NCBI GenBank assembly: GCA_043228905.1
Contig: JBHGNT010000009.1
Coordinates: 3,348,001 to 3,412,000 of the forward strand
From: Azolla caroliniana
Taxonomy: Eukaryota > Plantae > Polypodiophyta
Direction: 5' to 3'
Length of the DNA: 64,000 nt
Position 1 is the first letter of the stretch; each line of letters opens with the position of its first letter. The notes beneath the pieces were generated by a model. The model worked only from the letters and a program-made list of their open reading frames with translations. It was not told where the DNA came from and made no database searches. Made by a program: the position numbers and the translations under genes. Below are positions 25,401 through 39,150 of this stretch, one piece after another.

Positions 25401-28400
25401 TCTGCTAGTTTGAGAAGGCCACTAGAACAAATTATTGTAAAACCTGTATTTAAGGATGTTAAGTATACTTGTATATTTGTATTAAATAAACTCGATGATC
25501 TTGTAAAAAGAGTTGAGCTGTTTTATGAAAATAGATATGTACAAAAATTTTCATTTATATGTTTACTATCAATTTCTCTATCTTGCAATCTCTTTGTTAA
25601 TCTTATTCCATAATACATAAATCTATTGCAAAAGACAGGTAATGCATTACATTGTGCTATACATGTAATGTTGAAGCATTTCTTTATCTGCAAGTTATTG
25701 GATTTATTGCTTATGTGAGTTTTATTTTGATCATGCATATAAATCCTAAAAGTTGTTCTACTTGGAAAGCTATTCCTTGTAAGCAGTTGGTTTCACAATT
25801 CTATTCTTCATAATCCAATTCCAATTTCAGTAGCTTAGTGCTATCCAGTTATACAACTTATGAGTCTGGTAGATCTCATCATGTTGGTTTGAACCAGTTT
25901 GATTAATTATGGCAAACCACAGAGTGTTGTGTGTAATTTTCTCCCTCGGATCTTGAACAATCTCTGTTGGGATTCCAGGTAAGAAACGTAGGTGACTATT
26001 GAGTTATGGTCATGAAGCTAACCATTCAGAGATACACATTGTTGACTGGAGTTGGACAGTGAACTTGTAGTTAGAGAGTGACATCTGTGATGCTCTTGTC
26101 TTGCTTGCCCTACATAGAACACGGGATTCTGCACTCTATGCTAATAAGGAAACTACATGCTTAGATTCATGAAGAAAATCGGAAGTCACAGACATTGTAA
26201 CCAGAATCAGACCTATAAATATTCACGCATCTATGGATCAGCTCTGTCATCAGCATAGATCTGAACTGAACGTTTTTGAGGAGGGTACACACTTGGTTTA
26301 TGTACATCTGGTCAAATAAAATCCAGGTTCGAGGTTTCCGGGCATTCTGCTTAATATTTCATGTATTTGTGTGACTGCAGAGCTATCTCCTCCAGAGACG
26401 GACAACACAGTAGAGAATAATGGTTATACATGTGCTTTTGGTCCAATGTTGACCAATTCCTCATGGGGAGCATTTGGAAGAAATGCAGGTAGTGTATATT
26501 AATGAGGAACAGCTCTAACTGAATATAAGTTTCCTTAGTTTAGGTAGATTTCTATTGATCCTTTCCTTTACCTTGATAAGGTGTTATGAGCTTAGCATTC
26601 TGTTATGGTAACATATATCAAACAAAATGCAAAATTGGATTGTAAAGTGATGGAGAAGGCATCTGATTCCATTGGATTAAATATCATTTGGCATGTTATC
26701 TTCCCATCATCCGACATGAAATAGAAAAAATGAAAATTATGGTTGCGACGTGATTGGGAAGGATCTGATTACATTAGATTAAAGGGAATCTCTCATCTAA
26801 CCATTTTTTTCTTATAGATCTCAGTCCTACAGAAAAAATGATAGCTTTTCATGCTTATTTTTATGTTCTTTGAATGTAGAAGTATATATCCTTTAATGTA
26901 TAGTGTTGCATGTGTAATCTTTACTTGATTAAGTGATAATGTTTGTACCTGGTTTCATGTATTTGAATTTCCCTCTTCAGTGCTGTTTACAATGGAAAGT
27001 ACGGTGGTGCAGGAATGGAAATTTGTGAAGAACGGAGGAAAGTAAGCTCAATTACAGGTTTGCAAAGTCCAAAATCAGACACTATTAAAGCAGAAGTTGC
27101 AGATTTCACGTGTGGGCTGTGTCCAATCTTCTCTGAGTATTGTGGGGGTCACACTTACTGGGCAGGTTTTTTTCAGATGCTTCATTTATCTCACTCTTCT
27201 TGTTTGCTAGGAGTGTACAAGCTAAATTGATCTGTTTCCTTTCTATAGCTGACAGGTTGGACCAAACTGCATCAGAACAAGTAAAAACTTATATCCAGCA
27301 GGAATGTAGGATAGAAACCTATGAGACCACTGATGTATTATCAATGGTATCATCAAAGGATGATCAATTCTCAAAAATAACATCTTCCTGGCAGGAAAAT
27401 GACCATGTCGAAGTAGTCACCATCTTCAATGCAGCTATTAACATCGATGAATCACTGGATTTGAGAGATAAAGGATCGCCTAATAGGGGTTGTAATGATT
27501 CAGAGGATTCAAATGGAGAAAGAAATTTTCAACATAAGTGTGAAATAGAAACTTCAATAATCCTAGAAGATCTACAAGAAAAAAAAGAAACAGTGGAAAT
27601 AGCAGAGTCGTGTGTTGTTTCACGTGATCCTAATACAGCAGCAACATGCATACTATCAATTGATCGAAGTGATATAGTGAAATTAGAAGCAGATATTGGA
27701 AATCAAATAATTCACACGCAGTCTTCTTGTTTCAAGTGGTCCGCTGAAAACGAAAATCCAGGTACATCGTTTTTTTAACTCCTTGATTCATTTTGTTTTG
27801 GAAAACTCCTATATCTATGCATATCCTTGTGAGATGGCATAAAGGTATTGCTCTTTGTATCCTGTTAGATGAGATGAAAGTATTTCCATCAGTTAATGAA
27901 GAAACACCCTTCAAGCCCTTTCTTAATGGATCCGAAATATCAAAGTCTTCAGGTGAGATATTTCTGTTTGTAAAGATGTTGATGTGTTAAGAAACTCAGG
28001 TTAAGATATATTTTTTGTCTTTTTCCAACTTTTAGACTTAACCACTCCATTGTTGGGTAATGAAGACGAAATAGAAGAGGACATTGAGATTAGAGTAACC
28101 ACAGATACCACAGGCTTACCAGATGACACAAGTAGAGAAGTAAAGTTGTGGGAAATTTTGAAGCCTATTGTATATGGTGGACTTGACATTTCCATTGCTA
28201 GTTTAGGAGTAACCTCTGCTGCAGCAGGAGCAAATGCCATAACCAGTATGTATTTTGAATCACTTTTGTCCTGTTTTATGGTATGTTTCAAAGATTCATT
28301 AACGGTGAAATATTCTTATGAGTTACTTCATACAGAATTAACACAAGCAATTTCATTTGTTCACCATCATTCTTTTCTTTCAAAGCACTGGCCCACCAGC

Positions 28401-29249
28401 TCTTTTAAAATTTAATCATAATCTTTACCTTATTGAGCATTTCTATAATAATGTCAATAAATTCTTTAGCTACAGTATGATAAATCAATGTATGTTTTGT
28501 AAAATACTAAATAAGCACGCAATAATATTAGTTTTGGTAATAAACACTACCCTAGTATTCAAAGAAACAAGATTGTAAAATTCTTCTCATATTAATAATG
28601 AACATCTCTTGGTTGAGATAATATAGTTTTGGAAGAAAAGTGCTCGTTACTTAATATTTCTGGTCTATCTATGCCATCCTGACCTTAGTTCTTTGTCACA
28701 ATATACATGTGCATTCTTTTGCATATGCCAATAACATACTTGTCTTTGCATGTGTAGGGACTGTTGTATACATGGGCTTAGCAACTTTGCTGTCCGGACT
28801 CATTGTATTCTACCATAATGTGAGCAGTTCTTCATGAAAAGATGTGCATTTATTTTCAATATGCCTTTGCTGAGCCATTTTTTCTTTCTTTCTTGCAGGT
28901 TATAAATCTATATAGTTATCATAGAGATCACTTTACAGATGTAGTTGGAATAACCATTGGTCTGCATGGAACAATAGCCCTGATATCATATGTTGTTTTC
29001 GGTGTTTTATCACCACTCATATATGCATTTTCGTACCGACAAACTGACGATAGGGATCATAAATTTATTCTTTGTTGTGGAGTGACAATAGCAACTGTTG
29101 GCTTGCTTTCTTTGGGGAAAGCCAAAGTGTCAAACAAAGGCTACGTCAGAACACTCTGTGCATACATTTTAGTACTGGTTGTGTCATCCATAATAGGTTA
29201 TCTAACAGCAGAACATGTAGCAGAGCTCCTTGACAGCTGGGGTATTTGA
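15397..29249 (+). CDS. Membrane-protein-of-ER-body-like / VIT1-CCC1 family metal transporter with an internal exon-repeat array
   Basis: Exon 15397-16135 carries the MEB-like N-terminal motifs CPMCGSCVTRTIILRKRKR and YGCLTCFSLF. Exons 28036-28245, 28758-28819 and 28899-29249 encode the VIT1 domain (WEILKPIVYGGLDISIASLGVTSAAAG; FGVLSPLIYAFS; LLSLGKAKV). Exons 27249-27761, 27869-27952 and the 11 repeat exons join in frame, giving ~1,390 aa if all are included. Exact start codon uncertain. Confidence 0.85.
17524..27165 (+). repeat. Array of homologous symmetric phase-1 exons
   Basis: Exons 17524-17730, 18348-18551, 19103-19330, 19679-19918, 20354-20551, 20827-21030, 21578-21817, 22202-22396, 22649-22873, 26381-26488 and 27013-27165. 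All are AG/GT-bounded, stop-free and multiples of 3, and end in a motif such as LLPTYPWG or LLPEYSWG. A donor-less copy lies at 25100-25308. Confidence 0.85.
23213..23992 (+). mobile_element. 5'-truncated LINE (zf-RVT tail) in an intron of the MEB/VIT1 gene
   Basis: WLLVHKAIPV...CPFCTDIIETAKHCLWGC...VWYIWKARCLKVF. The 3' end TTTTTTGGG(A)n resembles the LINE at 9594-11743. TSD AAAACTCAATAAA at 23200-23212 and 23993-24005. Confidence 0.85.
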
Positions 29250-32200
29250 AATAGTCTGGACAAGTAATTTGTGTTCACATGGACTTTTTACCTTTCCCAT
29301 AAATGTGATGATTTACAGTAATTTGCATTGGGATTGGTGCATTTGGATGTATTGTCCATGGGTCGTGGATGGTTGTGCATGGGTCATGGTCAGGAGAAAT
29401 CACACTTACAAAAGCTCACCAATCTGGGTCAAAAGCTTGTCTATGTGTCAAAAAACTGTCTCTCAAAATTAAGAAGCTTAGTGAAAGAAATTCCCCTCTT
29501 TATAATATAGCTATGACATTCCTTAGACTGTTTCCTATATACAAACTTTAGGTCACAATTGATGCTCGAAACATTCACCAACAAGTAAACATTCAAATGT
29601 TGCCACATGCTCATGTAGCTGAGCATGCACCTTCTCAATGAGTATATTCCGTCTCACATTCTCTTTTACCAAATTCCAGAAGATGGATCTAGTTGGAAAG
29701 TCGAAACGTTACACATGTGTATAATGTATTTTCTCTCTCCATTAGTGCTGCTCATTATAAAACAAGACATCTTGAAATGGTATCAAATATTTGTTCGTTT
29801 CTCAATGTAGCAAACAATTTCTCTTTGGACCAAGATTCATTGTCCTTGTAATTGACAATCAAAGGGTTGATATCACCATCTTTGAATGACCCATGTTCAA
29901 AGATTTTTCGAAGACAAAAGTTATAGTTTGTCTAAGTTTAGAATCAAGTTATTAGCTATGTAGATACTACAACACCCATGTGCTTGTATTTAATTTGTGT
30001 TTTCATTCTCAAAGATGAGAAAACATTATGTATTATCTAAAGCTCTCTAGTTAAAGTCTCAAATGAGTATTGGCTTCATATAAAACTTGCAAATGATCGA
30101 GGACATGCTTCCCGAAAATCTCTAAATATTTGTTTATGCTTGAGAAGGCCCCTGTTCTTTGAATGAAGAGAAAATCTAACAAGGAATGCCTTTTCACTCA
30201 CTCAACGTTAACAAAAAAAAATATATATTTATTGTGATTATGTTTTGTTGTAATATCCTTATGAACCTTATGTAAGATATTGGACAACTGCAAAATTATA
30301 CAAGAAGCGTTGTTTCGTTTTATACATAGGAACCACCCCTTATATGTAGGAAGCTAAATGATGAAGAGAGATAGAGAAAAAATAGAGAAGAGAAAAGAAT
30401 ATTATATGATACTATTAGGGGAACAATGCAAACTTCTTAGACTCCAAATCCAAACACAACGCTATAAAACTCTATTTCTTTCTATGACTTTAAATTATAA
30501 CATACTTTCCTTCTTCCTTCTTTCTTCTACCAAGCCCCTACTCACTTCTTGTAGACCTTCTACTCTTCTATTTTTCCTTTTCTCGATATGGCTAAGAATT
30601 CTTTCCTATTTATTCGTTTTTGGTTGTGTTATTCTTGCATTTTTTAATACGTGAGTCTATGTGAGGCGTTTTCATACCACTATTTCTTCTTTGTAATCCC
30701 AAATTTATCGTACAAAATATTTTTAGAAACCTTTTTTGTGCATCTTTTCTTTTGAAATTTGGATATCGAATGAAGAAGTTATGAGCTTTTTTATCTATCT
30801 AAATCTTTGTATCCACGCCTTGCTTTTTTCTACTTTTTGACACTTTTGAAAACCGCCTCTAACTTTATCCCTTCATGTTCCTTCATTCTTTTTCTTCTTC
30901 TTTTTCCAAAAATATTTCGTCCATTAGTATTAAGAAAAAACGAGTTCCTTCATTCTTTGATTGCTATAACTTATGATATTTGAACCTTTCATATCCCGCT
31001 TTATTCTTAGATATTTTGCCATCCAACGTATTTGCAACAATCTTTTCTCACAAACAGAAATTGACTTCACACTAAGGATCATACGTGTTCTAGCTAGAAA
31101 TCACAAGTTTATTAGAATTGTTTTTCTTCGTCAAGATTCAACATTCAAAGTAGGTGCATGAGAATATATATATATATATATTAAAGAAGCTTCACCTTGG
31201 TATTAATGGAAAGATGCCGAAAGGCTACAATGAATTCATACAATATATTACAACCCTCATATCCACATCAACCAACATGTCAAGTATCAAAAGCCCTCAT
31301 GTAGGGTTGTTCCAAGACGGGGGGGGGGGGGGGGGGGTAGAAAAAGCCATCTTGATATTAGAGATCTTAATTTTTATAATTCAAAGATATTAGTGTGCCT
31401 TTAGGGTTCAAGCATGCATTTTTAATTCACCTATTTATGTGTAGCTCATTTCAATTTCGCTATATCCACATCCATGGTAGTTGGTCAACAAAAGTGACAA
31501 AATAAAAATGTAAGACAAATACATGACTTATCTTCGAAGAAGAAGGATGTTTTAAACTAATCGAGCGCAAACTTCTTATAAATTTTAATAATGGATTCCA
31601 CAAATTGTACATCCTTCTATTCATTTAGTATCGTCTTTAAAACCTCCCATGAGAGATTGTTTACACCACTAGTACAAGACCATGTTTGTATGCTCATATT
31701 CGTTATAGGTTCAATATGGCGGGATCGAGAAGCAACAACTTGCTCGAGACACAAGCCTCATGTATGATGTATAAATGCAATGGTTCACATTTGTGGTTGT
31801 TTGAGGGGATCTATAGCTCCAAAAGTGTTGTCAATAGGGTGAAACATTGTGATTGAGGGTGCGGGAATTGCAGAGATACACACATACACACACGTGCATG
31901 AATGACCTGAGGGTGTATATAGGCACACACACAAAATGTGGATTTCGTGTGTGTAAGGACGGAGCACAACCCATTTTGTCATCATCATATGCTTAGTTTA
32001 GTGTTCTCTCATTCAGATGCTCATGGGCCAAATTTGGCCTTAGAAGACGTTAATATATCTTTCTTTCTTTCTCATTCAGATGTGAATGAGGGTTTGGGAA
32101 CTGTAAATATACATACACAACAAAATGATAGACAGAGGGTGCCAGAATCGTGTATGCGTGCACATACACGAATTCGGACTAGGTGTGGGTAAACTCAAAG

Positions 32201-33691
32201 CACAAGCATTCACCAAAAGACTCATATGTATGATCTGTATGATATGTATGTATGTATGATATGACATATGTATGTATGTATGTATGTATGATATGACATA
32301 TGTATGTATGTATGTATGTACAACATCTCTAAATACCTCCGAAAATTGAAGAGGGCAAGTGAGGGAATCGCGGAGAGGGACGGTGCAAGTCGCTTAGCCG
32401 AGGGTAGGTGCGATCTGCATCGTTTAACGTGGAAAAAAAAACGCGCGAAGAAATCATCACTTCTTGGGTAGCCCGACTAGGAACCCGACTCTGTCAAAAG
32501 GAGCCCCGCTCATTATTAATGAGCACAGACTGTAAAAACCCTGAATCACTCATTTTGAATCTATTTTGAAAAGAGAGTTTTAGGGTATTTGGAGGGAAGA
32601 ATCAGAATCACTTTCTAACAAAATCCGAGAGGAGCACCACTTTACGCCAGCGAGCACTTCCCAACCACCTACATTAGATCCGCAAAACAAAGGCAATAAT
32701 AGGTATGTATTTTCATGGTTATTTTTATTTTTTACATCGTTTAGGGTTTCTTTTCATTTACTGTAACATTTGATCACATGGTTCCATATTCTAACATGGT
32801 GAGAGACTTAGTTGTTCCATTTTTCAAATGTATCGTATAAATGCATTGTTATAATTTCACCATCAATATGAAGAAATGTTGAATTAGAAACAACATTTTT
32901 TGTATTTTCTTTCAAGCCATTTTCAATGTTTTCAACCAAACGAAACTAAGCTCAAAGCAACACAAAATATGTTTGCTCAAGCATTGATTATCTCACGTAC
33001 TTAGTTACAACACAAAGGTACGATTATATTGAGCACTTATGCATTCATGTTTACATACGTAGTAATGCAATTATTTCGAGCAGACAGATGTGGATACACA
33101 TTATAGGTTTGTTATTTTCCTATTGGATGACGACAATGATAATATTACGTAGTAGAGATTACTTAAGCATTGTAAGCATAGATATAATCACCATGAGGAC
33201 ATGCCATTATAGCCAATGAATACCATGTATGTATGTGTGCCTGTATATTCTAAATGTTTGAATTCTTCCAAGTGATCCTTCGAAATATGGAAATCTTGTT
33301 TGAATATGGAACCATTTGTTTCTCCTATCCCATATTCTAAATGTTTGAATTATTCCACTCTACATCGGTATCTTATTAAGAAGACTGGGTTCTCAAATAT
33401 GGTTCTAGACATACAATAGGCTTTGTAATCAAAGTAGGATTTGAAAATTGATATATTTCAAACATTTTAATATGCAATGTATTTGAATCACCATGAATAA
33501 CATGTTTGTGTGTTGTCTCTGATTTCATGGGCTTCTTTTGTATCCCTTTTTCTTCTTGCTTCTAATATGCCATCGAACTGTATGTGTGGCTTAATTAAAA
33601 TGTGAGATGGCATATTCTCTCTTGGTGCTGCAATATGTGAGATGGCAGCCATCTTTGGCTGGAGGATAAATTTGGATCTTTCTATATTGCA

Positions 33692-36600
33692 GAAACATCT
33701 TCGAATTAGAGCTCTACTTGTCAGCTGTAATAAATTTGTTGAAGAAAAGTAAATCGTTCATCTGAAAAGCCTGTGAGGTTCAATGGGAGACCACTGCATG
33801 ATAAGTAAATTAGTTTCAAGCTTCTTGAATCGCAAAATATAAAAAATAAGCTTGGGGAGTTCACTCTTGGTGCAGGAATATGCAAGGCCGCATTAATCTT
33901 TGGAAGGAAGATAAACTGACTGATAAGGCTTTTTCCAATGATCCAGTGGCTTACTTTGTGTAAGGTCATAATCTCGTCGAATCAATCAAGCCTCTCCAAA
34001 TTAAGCACCCTTGCCTGTATAATCCACAAGATAAGTCGATATATCCATGAACATGGATCAATCCATGCATCAGAATCATTGGCTAATGCAGTATTCAATG
34101 CTAAGCACCATGCAGTGTGTGATTGATGCATATATCATTGTCTGGCACCCATAATGTTGACACAAGAGGCTTCAAGCGTCATGCAAGAAGAATAAAAATT
34201 GAAGGATGAAAAAATGCATATTATCGTCCTATCATATATATCCTGTAAAATTAGAGAACCATGGCAAGCCTTGGTCACTTATTTTTGTAGCTTCATTATT
34301 TCATTTTTATCATAGAGTCCACATGGATGTGATAATGTCTTAAATTTGCTCCCAGAAAGGAAAACAAAGGGGAAGGGGAAAAGTTGTCTGGAAAAGATGC
34401 TCCTATGCTAATGTCGTAGTTTTCAAATCATTCATAGGGAATGGAAAGAGTTCAAAAGCTCCTTCTGTGTAAATATAAGAGGTTTCAATCTGTTATAGAA
34501 AATTGAAAGAGATGCTATTACTTAATGCTAGAAATGCAGGATCTATATTCATATTGGTATGACGTTTGAGTCCAATTTATATGTGTGCAGATATCTATAC
34601 AATAATGACTTGACTGGGCCAATTCCAGAAGCATGGAAGAACATGGAAAATATGCAAGACTCTTAGTACCTTTTTTCTGGTGCTAGAATCTGAAGCAACA
34701 ACTGATATTGCATCTGATATTTTTGACACTGAAACATTTAGTAAGACTGACATGTATGATATTGAATATGCAGGCGGTTAAATGGTAACTATCTTACGAA
34801 ACTATTTCCATCGTGGATACAGAATTCCAGTCTCGTGAATTTTTGAGCATTTTGTAACTCAAGCTTCTAGCAATCTTAAGAGTTAAGTTGCTGGTCCCTG
34901 TGCTTTGCTTACTTCCACCCTCCTGTTTGCAGGGATCTTTCCTATAACTATCTCTATGGCCCTGTTCCTAACATTTCAAGTACCACTTTACAGAAATTGT
35001 AAGCAGTCCCAATCTTTAGTAGAACTTTTGTGGCTTATCTTGATTGCTTTTTTATTTTTGACCGTTCAATATGGACATAATTCATGTTAATGTAGGAATA
35101 TTGCTTGCAACTTCTTTTCTGGGGATCAACCAAGCAGAAGCTAAATATACACATACACATACACATACACATCACAATGCCCAAAGGGAGGGATACCCAA
35201 TCAAGACATTATCTATTACAAAAGTTTCATCAGTAGACTATCACTAGGTGAAAATTTGCCTTTCCTTTTCAAACCTATCTGAATGACCCAAATATTTTAT
35301 TTGAGTTTAATATATTTGTGGCATTAAGTACACATTTAGTTTTGTAAAGGATAGAATTTATAAATAAATCTAAAATCACATCATTTTAAATGTAAAGTTG
35401 GACAGACGCTCAAAATTGCTTTGAACAGCATTCGACTGAGGATAACAGAAATCTCTGCCACAGTTATTATAGTTGTACCTCTTTCAACAAATCAGTTCTG
35501 GCTTCAGGCATATCTTTTACCCTTGGACATATCTAGATGTCTCTTTGATAGAGTCTTCTAGTAATATTTTGAAAGACATTATTATGGGGTTGTCTTTATG
35601 CAGGAAATTGTCCTGTATGCCCAGTAACTCAATCTCTTTCCAATTCTACTTCATGCATGTGCTCTGAAGGTATTTTTCTCTATAACATACTTTAGATTAT
35701 TTGAACTAGTCATAAGAAAATCCAAATGGTCACAATCTGTAGAGATATTGGCATCTGGGTATACAGACATGTGAAGTAAAAGTGGATCTTTTAAGACGCC
35801 AAATGGCCCATAAGATTGAATGAAACAGAAAGCTTTAATTAGTAATAACTTGATAAACATCTTCCTTTCCGCCAGTATATAAGGCTGAAATTCGATCACC
35901 ATGAAATGACCTGGAATGATAGCTTAACTTGGAACTAGATCATGAGAACTCATGGCTTCATTAGGGAGTGCCTGACTCCATGGGGATCTATTAAAGCTTG
36001 CAACCATAAAAAATGCAAGTATTATTATTCAGCTATCATAAAAACTAAAATGGTAGAGGTCATTTTTATACAAATTATTTGAATGATGTGCATTTAGAGT
36101 CATTAGAACTGGATTTATGTGCAAGATTGCCAAACATATCCTTGAGATTTGGGAGTTAAATTATCAGAGTCATCAAAAAGTCAAGAATGCATATTTTTGC
36201 GGTTGCTCATCTTATTTGAAAATTGTGAGAGATCATTCCACAAATCATGCAAGGTGTTAACCAGATCTGACTAAATGTACTAGAGATTTAGTGTTGCAAT
36301 TTTTTCCTATACGATAGCATCCTATATCTAGCAGGCAAAAAAAAATATGGTAACTATGAAGAAGTAGATTTTGATTTCTTTTATATATATGGTGACATCC
36401 AATTATAGTGGCAAAACTAAACTATCTGTGTGAAACAAAACTTGGAGAGATCTGAAGTATAAACCTGATGTTGGGCTCTGAAGGGACCTACAAACAGTTC
36501 TGACCTTCCAAGGCAATACTCGAAGAGGGTCTAAGCTGCATTAGCTGGAAGAACATCATTGAAACCTAGCTTTGTATGCAGATCTCTGCTCTGTGTATCC

Positions 36601-39150
36601 TAATCAAATTTCAATGATGCCTAACCTGCATCTGCATTGAGGTAAATGAAGAAATTCCAAGCACGAGTAGTGTTAAGTTCTTGTTAGACTTTACACATTC
36701 CTTGCCTTTCCAGTGGCATTGTCATGAGTCTAAGAGCACAATGTAAAAGGAGAAGAGTAGCATTTAGAAACTAGAGGAAGAACTTTGTGTCCATATAAGT
36801 AGGACAAATGACCTTTTGTAAAAAAAGTATAAAAGTCACTTTTGGACTCTTCTCATCTTCTTCTTCTTCATTTGACACATTTTTAAGTTAGGTCTCTCTC
36901 TCTTTTTCTGTAAATAGTAAATGTATTAATTACAGAATGTATAACTACAACGGACGAGCGGCAATATCAAGTGAACCATATCTGATTCTCCACTGTATCA
37001 TTCATCAGTTAATTCTTCAACTGCACCTATTCTATAATATTACCTAATGACCAATCCAATATGCCTCTAAGGCGTCAAATGTGTCTATGAAGTCCATATT
37101 GAGTATAAAAACAAAAACATTCCGGATATGCTGAGTAAACCATAAAATGGGAATTTCATCACTCCAGTTAGAGAAGCTCATACTGCCAATCGAAATGTCC
37201 AAATAGATCTTGCCACCAGACAACTAATAAACCTATGGCCACTATGTTCCTCTACAACTTCACAAAAATAACGGCTGAAGTGGCATTCCTTCGTTACAAA
37301 ACAACTCCTAGAGAAAGAAATACAAGACTGCCATCTTAATAGTGTCACCCTCTTCAACCAGCTATTGGGCGTCTTGATTTCTTATTCTTTGTTTATCTGG
37401 TCTTCTATCATTCATGTGTGCTCACTAATAAGGTGGTGATACACATCATTTTTTGTAAATTTGGCCAAGCGTTTATGATCCCCAAATGACCAATTACCTC
37501 AATCATATATGCTCAGTCAAATCTGGAATTGGAGGTTGGAAAATAGTAGCCTTGCAACTGAGACCATATATCTCAATAATTGGAAATTAAATGTTATAAC
37601 TGCCAAATCCCTCACATGGCTAGAGAAATCCATACAATGGATTATAGTACAACTGCAATGCTAACATGCAGCGTTATGAATAAGTGGGCATTTCTCATCA
37701 AAACAAACCCACTACTACGATCAACCAGTCAGCCCAGGACCTGAGTGCTTAGTTTCATCGTGAATGCACTTGCCAAGAGAATTGCACAAAACATAGAACA
37801 CAAGTCCAACATGAACAGAGTCTCCCACAAGGCCTCCCTAACTGACCACTTTTTCAAACGATAGCAGCAGGGGGGACCAAAGCACAAAAAGTTTACAGCA
37901 TGATTGACAGCTTACCCAAACCCTAGGGCTGAAATCAAGAAAGTGCAAGATATGCTTACCTCCTTCAAGAGGAGCCAAAATAATTCCCTAACCTCATAGA
38001 TGCCCTGACCACCCACATCCAACTCGTCGAGACAATCCGAAGGAAAACTCACTCTTGAAACAAAACTAGAAGCTCCGGCACCCGCCATTGGCAGCATCCC
38101 ATCGGACCTTCCAGTTGACATCCCACTAAATAAATACCTGACTTCATAGATGTCATCCTTTGAAAGCCCTCTCATTTGAACATCCTCTTTGCACATCTCA
38201 TGGTCTATTAACAACTACACTGCCCACAATGGCACGCGAACATGGTCAAATTCTACAAGTAGTTCAGTGCTATCGCGCGATAATTCACTAGTGGCTGTAC
38301 ATGCTTTCCAACTACAAATTCTCTTGTTTCTTTGATCTTGGTATCTTTGAGGTATTATTCTGTCCTGATCCTTATTGCAGGGAGCAGATAGCAATCAGTG
38401 GAACTGAGTGGCATATGGCCCACAATTAGTACTCTATAACTTGGATGTTCCTCTGGAATTGTCTATGTAACTCCATGTAGAAATTTCCAAGCACATCTTG
38501 TGTGGATGTTCTATCACCTGCATAAGTGTTCTTTCAGTGTGTTGCAATACTTATCTTAATGTCATCATAGTGTATACATTGGATATTTCTGTATGTATAG
38601 AGTTCGACACTTCAGTTGGATGCCTGCATATGTTGTGTGGATATTCTAAAAATCTGAGAACTCCCATTTCCAATTGCTACTTTTTATGAAAACATTTTCA
38701 ATCTGAAGAAATTATATTTGCAATTAATGATAGCCTACATTTTCTAAACCAACCAGGCACTTCTGAAGGCAGAGGGAATCACTCAATGTCATTTTTGCAC
38801 ATCCTTGATAATATCGGGTGCAGTTGGACTATTCGGAGGTGTAAGTGGAACATTATTAGACCCACTAATAATCAAGATGTTCCCATCTACAAAGAAATTT
38901 TTACAAGGGAATTCCCAATCCTAAATTCAGGGAAATGTTTGCTACTAAAGAAAGGTATACATTTATTTTGTGTTGTAAATTGTACTGATTCCATTCTATT
39001 TCTGTGCTGCATATCTTTATCTTTTTTTGAAACCTTTACAGAAACCCCTGAGGATTGGGAACCACTAATAGGAGTCCAAATCTTTCTTCATCCATGGCCT
39101 TGCCACACGAGGAATATAAGAAAAATGGAACATCTCGTGAAGGTCCTACT
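33692..39150 (+). pseudogene. Decayed LRR(-malectin) receptor-like kinase remnant (LRR-VIII-like)
   Basis: AG-flanked short LRR exons: YLYNNDLTGPIPEAWKNM (34591), RLNGNYLTKLFPSWI (~34774), DLSYNYLYGPVPN (~34933), NIACNFFSG (~35096). A frameshifted YGPTIS malectin-end motif (~38415) and a TM-like LIISGAVGLFGG (~38810) follow. Stops, lost donors and no kinase domain. Confidence 0.55.

Noticed and set aside
30249-31252. Possible solo LTR (TGTAATAT...ATATTACA)
   Set aside because: An 8-bp AT-rich inverted match with no matching TSD could be chance.
36900-38310. Possible minus-strand LINE ORF1/endonuclease relic within the RLK pseudogene
   Set aside because: The composition is suggestive, but I could not read a convincing motif, poly(A) tail or TSD.
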